This document shows positions 27,530-39,690 of a DNA stretch of 64,000 nt, piece after piece; within the stretch, counting starts at the first letter, position 1; every line of letters begins with the position of its first letter. The position numbers and the translations under genes are program-made. Source of the stretch: Perna viridis (taxonomy: Eukaryota); the NCBI GenBank assembly GCA_037379345.1, contig CM074511.1:30448862-30512861 (forward strand), given 5' to 3'. The notes beneath the pieces are model-generated. The model did not search any database. It was not told where the DNA came from and saw only the letters and a list, made by a program, of their open reading frames with translations.

Positions 27530-28510
27530 TCTTAAGGGCCTGAATCTCTCACCTGGTTTGATTTCCAAAATTCTATTTTTGTAAAGGTGGCCATGTTTAT
27601 TATTGGCTAAAAATTCCTAATGCTCATATCAAGGGAACAATCATATCATTTTTCATTGAATTCTGTCTAGAAGTTTCTGAAAAGATTTTTGAAAGAAATT
27701 ACATGAAAATAGTGAAATCAAGTTAAAAGGGCAACAGCTTGGCTTCACAAATTGACACCCAACAATTGACCAAAAATACTTACAGTAGATCCCATCATGC
27801 TTAAGCTTTTTATACCATGTAATAAATTAGCTAAAGCTAACAGTTTATGAAATATATGCCGAACTTCTGACTGGCCCCTATGTTCTATGTTTGTGACGTC
27901 GGCCATGTTTTTTTCGACGGACCAAAGAATTTTCACATCAGTTCTATGCACAGTATACTAAGGAACATTCATTCCAAGTTTAATTCTAATGGGTAATGTA
28001 ATTTCAAAGGAGTTTTAAAGAAATGGCAATAGAAATAGCGAAAGAAACGTAATAAAAAGGCATTTAATCCAACATGACTTAACTAATTAACTCGAAAATT
28101 TGACCACAGATAGATCTCATCATGCTGAACTTATCCAAGTCAGAATTTTGCTTAACCTAACGGTTTTTGAGATATATGCAATTAAAAACTTTTAACTGAC
28201 CCTATATTCTATTTTTAGTAAAGGCGGTCATGTTTTTCGACGAATCAAAAATCCACATTTCAGTTCTATGCAGAATATCCCTAGGTACATTCATACCAAG
28301 TTTGGTTCTTATAGGTTAGTTAATGTCAGAGAAGGTTTATGAAAGAAATAACATTAAAAATAGCGAAAACTTCGAAAGAATAATCAAGGGAACTAAGGTT
28401 ATAGCGGTAATCAAAAGAATGTAATCGAAAAGAGCCAATAACTCCTAAATGGCTTAACAGATTTACACGGAAACTTGACCACAGAACCACAGATAGATCT
28501 CATTGCGTCT
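27530..28510 (+). mobile_element. Helentron/HINE-like element with ~330-bp internal tandem units
   Basis: Repeated GGCCATGTTTT...CAGTTCTATGCA...CATTCATACCAAGTTT...GATCTCATCATGCT blocks. Confidence 0.55.
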
Positions 28511-28937
28511 AACCCTTTACACTTATTGAAGACCTTCTGGTGAACTTTATAAATAATTACTATTTTCATTGGGGTTACACGATGGTGAATTTGTTGCGTT
28601 TCACCATATCCTTCCTGTTTTAATTTAGTCATAATTATATTTACAGACAATGCCATAAAAAGCGATAATCTCATTAGATAATTGGCTTTATAAATGATGC
28701 TTCATGAGTCGATCAAACATATTTTGCCATTTATATAAGCCACGCCCATGCTACTTCGGTTGAAAACAGCGTAACATTGAGAAAATCAAATGTTATTTTA
28801 TGAATTGAATGTTCATTTGTGATGTTTCAATTGTGTGTAAAAGCGTTGACCGGTAGAACATTCAATTCATAAATAATACCTTATCTAAGATATTGTTAAC
28901 GGTCTAAAGAAGATTCACATTTTTTTATTTATAGTAT

Positions 28938-28954
28938 TCATCCAACTAGTCCTC
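28938..28954 (-). CDS. Candidate terminal exon of gene B (RGLVG*), giving a 150-aa secreted protein
   Basis: Strong acceptor ttttttgttcatttcag, phase-1 join, TGA, then AATAAA 8 nt downstream; very short, so uncertain. Confidence 0.45.
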
Positions 28955-30267
28955 CTGAAATGAACAAAAAACTCTGTTGATACAAATAATGTAAGATGTG
29001 GAATAAAAAAAACCAGCCTAATATTCATACACAGGTACACAGTTCGGAATATCTGCATAATTTTTCAAGGGTGGTTTATGGTGAAACTCTTTGATGAACT
29101 TTTCGATCAATGTCAGCTTCGTTATTTAATGCACTCAGTAGGATTAAGTCAGTGTATAACGAAGCTCCTATATCTCGATTGACAATTAAGTCCATTGTAA
29201 AGTTAAAATGACCCTGTAGTCAGACAGTATAATGGTCTGAGCAATCATCCCATTAATATTTTTAATCAAGTTATCATTATTTTTCAATATAAGAAAATAT
29301 CTAATCAGTTACCATTATTTCATTTAATGTCATACTCTCAATAAAGTATTTGAATTTTCTCTGCTGATAGCTTCAGTATTGCGAAATATTATTTCGGTAT
29401 GCATTTTTCTTCGTTTTATAAACATGTATAACTTGTATTTTTGCATTTAAGTGCAAGTTTTTCTAAGAAACAGGCAAAATGGGAAAAATCAGAAACATGC
29501 ATGTCAAAACCCCACCTATCTGACAATGAAATTTCATTCAATGAAGCTTACTCTATTTGAAAAGACCATTATTTGATCACTGTGCTTACTCAGAAAGTTT
29601 TCAAAATAATGTTAAAAAGAAAAGGTTTTTGACAGAGTTATCTGCCCTTGAAATGTTCACTTTCATTTTCAGTGTATTTCAATGAAGTTGTAAATCAGTT
29701 CACCAATATGATATGGAAGATCTTGTCTTTTTCCTTGATGATTCTGATGTTGTAAATAGCCAAATTAAATTTTCAAAATGGTGTTTTTTTTTCATTCCAT
29801 GTTTCACCAAGTGCCTAATTCTTACAGATACTGACACTTAATACAACAGTTACGTTGTCACTTATTCATTTCTTCTTAAACAAATTTAACCAACAGCACC
29901 CTTTTCCAGTGTTTTGTTATGTGATAAATCATCAAAAGTTAACGTGACTAGCCGTCCTAAGAGTAGCCTTTTAGAACAATAATTTTGTAATTGTGATATT
30001 TGGTCCCATTTGAACGTAATATATTTATTATGATGATTATTGAATATAAAACAAATTGCAAGATGCCAATCTTAAAGTTATGACCTACTTTAAAGTACGT
30101 GCGTAAAACGGTGTCTTGTAACCAATTAATTTTGAAAGTCTTTTTTTAATAGTCTTTATTGGAATTTCTCCCATTCTTAGCCAGTGATTCAAAATGCATG
30201 TAACTTAACCACAAGGCGGTGATTAATTTTCTTTTACATTTCCGAGTTTTCTACAGATGTCACGACG

Positions 30268-30393
30268 AAACAGATTCTCCTCCAATGGTCTCGGGGATTA
30301 CAATATTACTCCATTTTCGATAGTTAAATTTTAGATTTAACTATCTCGAGTGGAGAAATATTGTAATTCCCTCGAGACTGAAAGAGAATCTAT
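30268..30393. repeat. ~125-bp imperfect fold-back element
   Basis: Centre GATAGTTAAAT-tttag-ATTTAACTATC; outer arms ATTACAATATT/AATATTGTAAT and AGATTCTC/GAGAATCT. Confidence 0.75.
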
Positions 30394-30660
30394 TTATCTG
30401 ATTGCTTTCACGAGTGGGAGAAATTGAAATGTAAATACATGTACAATTTACCTTTAAACAATGTCAATGCTTTTGTACATATCTATTCTTGTATGAGGAA
30501 GACGTAATATATAATTCACTGAAATTGCGGTTCATAATAAGCACTAATTTGTCAATATAACAATCAAAGAAAAGACAGTTTTGAATTTTAATTGGTTTAA
30601 TCAGATGTATACAAACTGGACTTGTAAGCGTTATTAACTCAGTTTTGTAAAAATACTTAC

Positions 30661-30793
30661 GATAAGCTTTAACCTCGATGTCAAAATCATTTCTTTGAAT
30701 ATAAATTAATTTTGGGAAGATAAGCTCAAGCGTTATAGTACCACCTTTAGAATACAGTACTCCAGTAAATTTTGTGGTGCAGGAAAACTGTTT
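30661..30793 (-). CDS. Gene B coding exon 3 (KQFSCTTKFTGVLYSKGGTITLELIFPKLIYIQRNDFDIEVKAY)
   Basis: 133 nt, open, tag and GTAAGT sites, paralog of 6093-6225. Confidence 0.8.
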
Positions 30794-30837
30794 CTAGAAA
30801 AAGTAAAACCAGCAAAAATGCATGAAATACTTGTAAA

Positions 30838-31417
30838 GTAATCAAGGGAACCAAGGTTATAGCGGTAATCAAAAGAATGTAATCCAGGGACAAAGACCAG
30901 ACAAGGAAAACAGACATACACAACAAAGAACATGAAGTAACTAAAATCATACATAACAAGTAACAAAAGCAAATGAGCAACTCGGACTCCACTGAAAACT
31001 GGGAGCATGGACCAGGTGCACCGGTAGGGTAAGCGTCCTCCGCTTTTCTAGAAACACCCGCCGAGTTGCTCATAAAAAGTCAAGTCCGGGGTAGACAAAC
31101 GAGGAAAGGAAAACTATGACCCGTTGAATAAATCACTTTTCATGGTGCTGATGGATACACCATAATGATCCACGAGTTCATGATGACGACCACAAAACTT
31201 CTGTAGTGATGACTTCAATCTTGTAGCAACATAACCCTATTCCAGAAACCTATTTGTTAGAGTTCGAGCGCGATACAAAAAGTCTGCGTAGTTTCGGCAA
31301 GCTCTGGCATAACGATTGAGTTGTGATATGAACACTCAATACGCAGGTGCAGGAGTGGTCTTTGTCCCTGGATTACATTCTTTTGATTACCGCTATAACC
31401 TTGGTTCCCTTGATTAC
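30838..31417 (-). mobile_element. 5'-truncated Penelope-like element with inverted copy of its terminus
   Basis: RT C-terminus (ISQLNRYARAC...LKSSLQKFCGRHHEL) plus 3' repeat; 31353-31417 is the reverse complement of 30838-30900. Confidence 0.8.
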
Positions 31418-31764
31418 GCCTTAATAAAGGAATATAATTAATATCTGTATAAAGAACGTTTGTTCGTTTTATAAATAAAGACGACAGCATTATTTGTAAA
31501 TATGGTTATATTAAATTATTTGAAAATATCTTTAAGCCTTTACATTTGTATGAGTGATCACGCACAAGTGGCATATCAATCAATGAGGCATCTCCTAAGT
31601 AAAACCATCCTCAGCTAGTAAACTAATTCTTGTCCTAAAATTTGGATGACTTGGGATATACCTATACATAAAATATGCAGACTTAAGACAAGGACAATTC
31701 TTAGGCTATTCTTTGACAAGTCCTTAGATGTTTTCGTTAATGGGCCGTGCATTCCATGATATAT

Positions 31765-32420
31765 ATATATATTCAAACGTTTCAGAATGTGACGACTCTA
31801 TTCGTTACACTGCTCCATCAGATAAAATTGATACAGGGAAGATACGTAAACGTATCGAAAGGTCTGAAAAATTCCCAACGATGTTGGAACTGTCAAATTT
31901 GTGATGCAAATTTTAGTCGTTCCCTCCACGGGACTCGAACTCGTACCACTGTGACTTCTATGGCAACACCGCCTGCACTAAGTCCAGCGCTCTAGACCAC
32001 TCGGCCAGCTAGGCTATATAAAAATATAGCTTTCGCTGGCCAAGTCATTCCTCCTCGTAGGATTTATCTAGGGCTGTAACTTAGTACACGATGTATGGCA
32101 GTACGAGACAGTTCATTTAGATGTTATTATGTAGGATAGAGGATCAAATTAATGATGCATGTCACAACAAATCAATATTATACAAACTTCTCAGAATGTG
32201 ACGACTCTATTCGCTACACTGCTCCATCGGATCAAATTGATGCAGGGAAGATACGTAAACGTATAGAAAGGTCTGAAAAATTCCCAACGATGTTAGAACT
32301 GTCAAATTTGCAATGCAAATTTTTAGTCGTTTCCTCAGCGGGACTCGAACTCGTACCGCTGTGACATCGTTCTAACATCTTTGGGAATTTTTTTCAGACC
32401 TTTCTATATGTTTACGTATA
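31765..32420 (-). repeat. tRNA-derived, (TA)n-associated repeat with a ~420-bp unit; other pieces at ~12280-12380 and 35890-36110
   Basis: A box TGGCCGAGTGG and B box GTTCGAGTCC on minus strand; unit recurs at ~32185. Confidence 0.7.
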
Positions 32421-32994
32421 TTCTATGCCAACAGCAGCATTAACACCAAATTTGATAAATATGTACATTCTATAGATATCGGAAAATTATATGTTTTAAA
32501 AATGTTAAAAAAGGTGTCATCGAAATTGTTGCTCAGGAATTCTTTTCTCTTTGAAACAGGTTTTAGTTGGTTTTTAATAGAAAAGGTGAAAAAAGACACA
32601 AGTATAAGACTTTCACTCATTTTATTTTAAACTCAAATCTAGAAATATGTTGTATTTTTTCAAACAATAATCTACGAAAGACACACAAACGACATTACAT
32701 TCCCTGTGAAAATCAAATTACTCAAACAAAAATTACCAAATCAAATGACATGAAGCACGTACTTGTACGTAAGAATTACAATTGGTATTGATCAGATACG
32801 AGAACTGACCGACCTAAAATAAAGTCCCTGTGTTTTTTTAATGCATTGGGCATATTGGAATTAAAGTTGGGTTTAGACATAACGATTTCATAAAAAAATA
32901 TTTACCTTAAACGCGGATTTCATAATATACAGAATGCATTATTTTAATCTACAATCCTTGCCCAAAAATCGTGTCAGCTAATAAAAAAACATAC

Positions 32995-33236
32995 CAAAGA
33001 AACTCCTCCTGTATGGGATCCCTCATAAATACTCAGTCGGACACCACAATCATTTATGTCAATTACTTTAGTTGTAATTTGAATAGAATATAATGATCCT
33101 TCATATCCAGAGTTAATGGTAATGTTACATCTATAATCTGGGATATAATCTGTGGCGTAAGATCGGCTGTATATTGTGTATGTTCTGTCGGATAATGAGA
33201 CAGACCTTCCACAATTGGCTGGATCATTCATGAACA
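32995..33236 (-). CDS. Gene B coding exon 2 (CUB-like)
   Basis: 242 nt, open, 51/81 aa identical to gene A exon 2 by hand alignment, no indels, Cys retained. Confidence 0.82.
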
Positions 33237-34904
33237 CTACAAAAGTAACGGTGTCTTTAGTATGTATAACTAGTACTTCATCATTTAATATATATTCATC
33301 ACCGTGAGATGTGCGTCACTTTCTAGCACAGACGGGCTATTTCAATATTTTGTATTGTAGCCCTTATGAAAATTTCATAATTCAACCAGTCGGAATCCAT
33401 TCATAACAGATGTGGGCTTTGGTTTGCGCCTCCGGTTGGTGGAGTTGAATTACAAAAACTTTTTAAATTTTTATTTTATGTAACATATACAGTTGACAGT
33501 AAACAAAAACACCTTGTTTAATTTTAAATAACATAGTGAAGTTTTTCCGATGGTTTCTGTTCGTTATGCAAATAAATCTACAAGTTCAAAATAAAGTCAT
33601 AAGTGTTTGAAGCTAAAGTCTTTTGGTTTTAAATCTGAGAAATGTTTTGTTTACGTATTTTAACACATTTGAAAAATATGAAGTTCAGTAACATTCTGTT
33701 TGATATATTGCCATCTTAGAACGACTTTATGTTAAAACGAACAAATAATATGAATAACAACACATTGTAAATGTACTGCTACAGGTCCAAAGGCACTGAT
33801 AATGCATAATTAAGGAAAATCGAAGATTGATTTAAGGAAAATTTGAAACGAATTACGAAGGCATTGGTAACGACTATTAATCGAACACAAAGAGTGGGTA
33901 GTGAATGGCGAATTCATTAAAATTATCTTAATAATATATGTAATATAAATAGTAACTCTATTAAAAAGACGTTATATGGTTAGACGCGTTCTTATTTGTA
34001 AAGTGTGAAAACAGGTATCCTTATAAATTATCATTTTTATTGGTTCAAAGTCAAGTTTTGAAACAAAATTTGTCATTTCCAAATAAGAGGTTTTGAAGTT
34101 ATAAAAGATTTTAAAATCAAAATCAACTGGGTAGCATGACATTGGTACTAAACTTTTAAGTTATTTTTTTTTAGAAATTTTCGCGCCATCACTAATTGAA
34201 GCTTAAGTTAAGATCTTTCCAAAATGTTTTAAAAAGGCTAGTGTAAGCCCACTTTCCAAAGGGAAAATGTCACTTCTCTAGATTATAACAGGCCAATCTT
34301 TGAATTACCTAAAATAGTAGAAGAACACCTATTAGAAATCAACTGCGTGAGTATTTATAAACTAAATGTAGTGGGCTTTAGTAAACCATGCTCTTTTGTT
34401 GCATTAACTGCAAAGGTGTAGGGGCATGAAGCTATGAATATTGCATAAAAATATCAACTATGTTGTTATAACATAAAATTTGTTCATAACACAAATATAT
34501 AGAAAAATAAAATTTTGTGGCAATAGTTCATTGTTATGAGGCCATAATGGTGCCATAAATTTGCATTATCAAGAAAAACTGCTGAGAATTGTAAATGTTG
34601 TTGTTGTTTGTGTGGACATATTTACATCCAAAAAACTATGTCCACACCCAAGAAACAACTTTATATTTTCACATATGATGAAGTTTGTAATAATAAATGT
34701 ATTCACTAAATATCTCAGGGGTGGACACCATTTCCGTGCCAAAAATATGACCAGAAAATGACAAAAAAAGTACAAACTTTGACAGTATATTTGAATATTG
34801 GTCAACTTTGAGCAAATTGTCAATGCAAGAATAATATAGTCAAAAATCTTTTTTGTTTTCTCAGTTGTGAAAGATTCTAGTCTACAAATTCAAAATTGAA
34901 TCAT

Positions 34905-35882
34905 TCAACACTTTGTCCAACTCTCCAAAGAAGAGATGGTGAAAAACCATAACTAAATCTGTGCTATCCTCTTTTGGTATCTCTACCAAAGACGATAATT
35001 ATGATATGCCGAATATGTACTGGATTCCTAAACTCTACAAGAATCAAACAACGCTAGTAGCTGGATCTAGCAAATGTACCACGAAACCTTTTTCACACTT
35101 TTAACTTCTATACTCACAGCTTTCTTTCAAAGAGGGTCTCCAGGCCTACCACTATACTTATTACTTTCGTAGGGGTATTAATTAAATGTGGATTATTAAA
35201 AATTTGAAGATCTTCTGGAAACCCTCATTTCAAGATTATTATCAAAATTCAATAGCATAAAATTTATTAAAAAAATGATTTTTCAACTCTTTATACTTAT
35301 ATTCCCCATACTCACTTAAAATCCCGACTCAAAAACATTATACATCGTTATTACTAAAAAAAAAAAGACGGTACACATGAATACAAATATGTAGATTTCT
35401 CATACTTTGTAAAAAAGCAAAACAAAAAATGCTGGAATTTTATATCGATTTGTTCAGTGTGGTGGACGCGTATTTCAACAATCGATCGGCATTCCAATGG
35501 AAACAAATTATGTTGCACTACATGCTGACCCATTCCTTCACTTTTATGCGGCTGAATAGCTGCTCTGGTCCAAGCTAGATCCTTTATTCTCCGTTTCCGC
35601 TATATATTATCGTTAAAAAATCCTAGTTATGGGGTTTTCATACACAGCATCTACCCCAAAAAAACTGGAGAAAAAGGCCACTACAGACACTGTGAAGTCA
35701 GCAGGATATCTAGACCTACACTTAGAAATCAAAGGGAAAGGTAAAGGAAAACTATTGACCAAACTATACGACAACCGCGATGACTTTTCATTCCGTATTG
35801 TAAACTTTCCTTTTCCCTTTCATATCACAACTACACAGACTTTTTGTATCATGCTAGAATTCTTACAATTAGGCTTTTGGAA

Positions 35883-35936
<54 letters not shown>

Positions 35937-36497
35937 AACGTCTCAGAATGTGACGACTCTATTCGCTACACTGCTCCATCGGATCAAATTGATATATAGC
36001 CTAGCTGGTCGAGTGGTCTAGGGCGCTGGACTTCCAAAAATTTGCATCGCAAATTTGACAGTTCTAACATCGTTGGGAATTTTTCAGACCTTTCTATATA
36101 TATATATATACACAAAAGTTTTATGGTCGTCATTATGAACTCGTGGTGAAAACTAATTTGTTCAAAGTATCATTGTTTCCTTTCCTCTTTCGTCTATTCC
36201 GGACTTGTTTTTTTATGAGCAACTCGGCGGGCGTTTCTACAAAAGCAAAGGACGGTTACCCTACCGGCGCACCATGTTCCTGTTTTTAGTGGGATCCGAA
36301 TTGCTCATTGACTTTTGGTACTTTGTATGTATGATTTTAGATATTTATGTTCTTTGTTGTATATGTCTGTTTTCCATGTCTGGTCTTTGTCCCTGGATTA
36401 TATTCTTTTGATTTCGGCTAGGATTTTAGTTCCCTTATTTACAATTAGGCTTTTGGAACAGGGTTATGTTGCGATAAAATAAGTCTATACTACAAAG
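34905..36497 (+). mobile_element. Degenerate Penelope-like RT element interrupted by (TA)n and tRNA-derived repeat
   Basis: MYWIPKL, DFSTLYT, GIPM, FRYI, YLDLHLEI...TKLYDNRDDFSFRIVNFPF motifs with many frameshifts; 3' repeat at ~36170-36440. Confidence 0.8.
35888..35930. repeat. (TA)n microsatellite
   Basis: Direct reading. Confidence 0.95.
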
Positions 36498-37614
36498 GTG
36501 TTATTGCGATATTTTAACTTACTTTTTCATTTTCCTATAGACATATTTTGAAGTGAAGTTTAAAAATATCCAAATCCTAGCAAAAAATATAAGTTGTTTT
36601 TTTTTATACTTAATGACATCACCAAATACTGCTTCTATATGTAGTTTTAAGGGATTTTGTATGAAAATGAGAAGTGAAGGGTAGTTTTTTTTATCCTAAA
36701 ATGTAGAGCACAAGCTTGGAACAACAAAATATTTTGCCAGAAGTTGTAATAATAAAGATATTTTTTGTGTGAATACTGCGTATTAATGAGTTCAACATGT
36801 GAGTCGTATGTTCCTATTTTTTAATAATTTGCCTAAATTCTCTAAATTCACTCAATTTTCGTCTTCAGGTTCAGTGGAACTCGTGCAAGAACATGAATAA
36901 AACTTTGTTTACAAAGCAGACGCATATTTAACAAGCGAATTCCCAAAGAGAGTTTTCGTTTGGGTCTTATTTTGATATATTTTTTAACATACTCCTTTAG
37001 AAGATTCAAGATAAATGAAAGTTTCTTAATTCCTGATACCGAGTCCTAACAGCAGGACTATGATATTAGAGGACTGTTCGTAATCCAAAAAAAAAAGCAA
37101 GAGTCAAATTTGCTAAAAATAACTACAAGGAGATCCTGACAAGCAATCGACATAGTGTTGGACTCTTGCTATTAGATAAGCCCTTTTATTTTTAAATATA
37201 TACATGTACCTAACTGAAAAAAATAGCAATATTAGTGAGAAAATTCCGTGTGATTATATATAGATTTTCAGTCTACGTGAAATGCGTGAAAGATCCTGAA
37301 ATTTTGTTCCTCTTCTAAAAAAATGACGAGGTAACTTTTTTACTTTCTTTAAATTGTGTTTTTTTCTCGAATTAAAGTACTATTTGTTTCTATACTTTCT
37401 TTTGAAAAAAATACAATGTAATTTAATTAAATTGAAACTCGCTTTTATATATGCATTCGCTTTAAAATCAATTCATTCCTTTCTACTTGTTGTCAATGCG
37501 TAAACAATACGCTGGTGTTTGTTCCTTATTCGATTTCATGTTCATTATTCATTTGTTAAAACGGACGAAATGCTCTTTATTCATTGCATATAGGAACATT
37601 TAATATGTACTTAC

Positions 37615-37675
37615 AGTAATCCATTCCATGAATTGTACTTATTACAAATGCAATAAAAAGAACTGACAATATCAT
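37615..37675 (-). CDS. Gene B coding exon 1: signal peptide MILSVLFIAFVISTIHGMDY
   Basis: gccaccATG Kozak context, 61 nt, phase 1, GTAAGT donor; same size and 5'UTR context as gene A exon 1. Confidence 0.82.
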
Positions 37676-38194
37676 GGTGGCCCCTCTTATCTTTAGTGAA
37701 ACAATCCTGAAAAAAAAACTTTTGACAAGTTAATGGAATGGCTTTTAAAAATCTTCCTTTTTTCTGATTTTGGAAGAAAAGTTCCATAAAAGGGGCAAAT
37801 GAAATAAAGATGGTAAAAACTGCCAAAGCAGGATTTAATTTTCATTATGATAAATAAATTGCACTCTTGAAAAAAGTTTGTGTCCCTTTAGCTTCTATAA
37901 CTTTTTTTTTTTATTTTACTTGAGTATTAATTAACAAAATTGACTTTTCATTTAGAATATAAGGTTCTTTTTAAGAAATGTCTATACATTGACATCACGT
38001 TTCACTTTACTTAAGTCTCTGAAATTTGGCAGGCTTGTTTGATACTATATACTATATCGTAATGATAACACATAAATATTTCTATTGTTTTAATATGCTG
38101 ATAAAAATGTAGTTTTTTTCTTGGTTCTTGGAGTCCAAACTGGCAGTTTTACAGAGTTGGTATGCTATGAACTAACATTTTGTACCATACTGAG

Positions 38195-38395
38195 GCCTCT
38201 TTAGTTTTCCTTTCCTCGTTTCTCTGCCCCGGACTACACTTTTTATGAGCAACTCGGCGGGTGTTTCTAGAAAAGCAGAGGACGCTTACTCTACCGGTGC
38301 ACCTGGTCCATGCTCCCAGTTTTTAGTCGAGTACGAGTTGCTCATTTACTTTTTTCTTTGTATGTATGATTACCGCTATAACCTTGGTTCCCTTA
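38195..38395 (+). mobile_element. Penelope-like 3' terminal repeat copy
   Basis: Homologous to 30838-31120. Confidence 0.8.
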
Positions 38396-38829
38396 ATTGA
38401 TTATTCTTTAATACCAAGCTTACTATCTCACTAGCCAAGGTACTATAAGGACCATACTTGGTCCCCTGTTTTACGAAAAAATGTTTGAAGTATATGACAA
38501 AAATGTGATATGCATTGTTTAATGGGTGATTAGGTATTTTCAAAAGTTTCAAAATTTCATCATTTTTTGTAATCTTATAGTGATTTGTTACAGAAGAGAT
38601 GATTGTTGAGGATGGAGAATATTTACGATGACAGACCATGGCGACCGACTTTCATATAGAGCTTAGTAGGAGTTGTATTGAAAGAGTAATCACGGGAACC
38701 AAGGTTCTAGCGAAAAAAAGTTTACGAATTAAATAATTAGTTAATCCCATTAGATTTATAGAATTGAAATGTAACAAAACTTTAAAGAGTGGAACAGATA
38801 AATTCTAAAAAATTAATATAGTTTATTGT

Positions 38830-38885
38830 TTACCTTTAGAACTACTGCGTCGCCATATGTAATAGTTCACATCATTTGACCTAAC
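38830..38885 (-). promoter_or_regulatory. Gene B first exon / left half of promoter copy 2
   Basis: TTTACCTTTAGAACTACTGCGTCGCCATATG...TTTGACCTAA matches 11297-11352. Confidence 0.6.
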
Positions 38886-39242
38886 CTTACAATGGTTTAT
38901 CAGCACATAATATAGAGACAAGATTAACTTTTAAAAAAATGAAGTCACTGAGTGTGAATGAACAAAATCGTAAAATTGGAACTAAAATAAACAAATAAAG
39001 GGTTAATTGAATAAAAACCAGGCTCAATATGCTGCAAACGCAAGTGTCATGCAGAAGTTTCATTGATTCGAGTAGGAGAACGATAGTGAGTAAGATGCTG
39101 CTGAGTGGAAGCTTTTTTTTTTTACTTTGTGAGAGTATTAAAGGCAAACGTAAATGTCGTAAATTTGTAGGTTGAAACATTACTTTATCTTGTAGCAACA
39201 AGTAAACAAAACTGATTTCTAAAACATATGAAAATAAAGTAT

Positions 39243-39690
39243 AAGAGTAATCAAGGGAACCAAGGTTATAGCGGTAATTAAAAGAATGCAATCTAGGGAC
39301 AAAGACAACATGGAAAACAGACATACACAACAAAGAACATAAAGTAACTAAAATCATATATACAAAGTAACAAAAGCAAATGAGCAACTCGGACTCCAGT
39401 AAAAACTGGGAGCATGGACCAGGTGCACCGGTAAGGTAAGCGTCCTCTGCTTTTCTAGAAATACTCGCCGAGTTGCTCATAAAAAGTCAAGTCCGGGGTA
39501 GTCAAACGAGGAAAGGAAAACTATGACCCGTTGAATAAATCAGTTTTCATGGTGCAGATGGATACACCATGCATACCGATCCACGAGTTCATGATGACGA
39601 CCATAAAACTTCTGTAGTGATGACTTCAATCTTGTAGCAACATAACCCTGTTCCAAAAGCCAATTTTTTTTAGAGTTCTAGCGCGATACA
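39243..39690 (-). mobile_element. Penelope-like 3' fragment
   Basis: Highly similar to 30838-31275. Confidence 0.85.

Noticed and set aside
31920-32014. tRNA gene
   Set aside because: A and B boxes are present but the acceptor stem does not pair, and it sits within a multi-copy repeat
38887-39480. 197-aa hydrophobic ORF, plus similar ORFs at 30733-31073, 25413-25695, 36205-36411 and 54854-55048
   Set aside because: Chance translations of the T-rich Penelope-like terminal repeat; frames differ between copies
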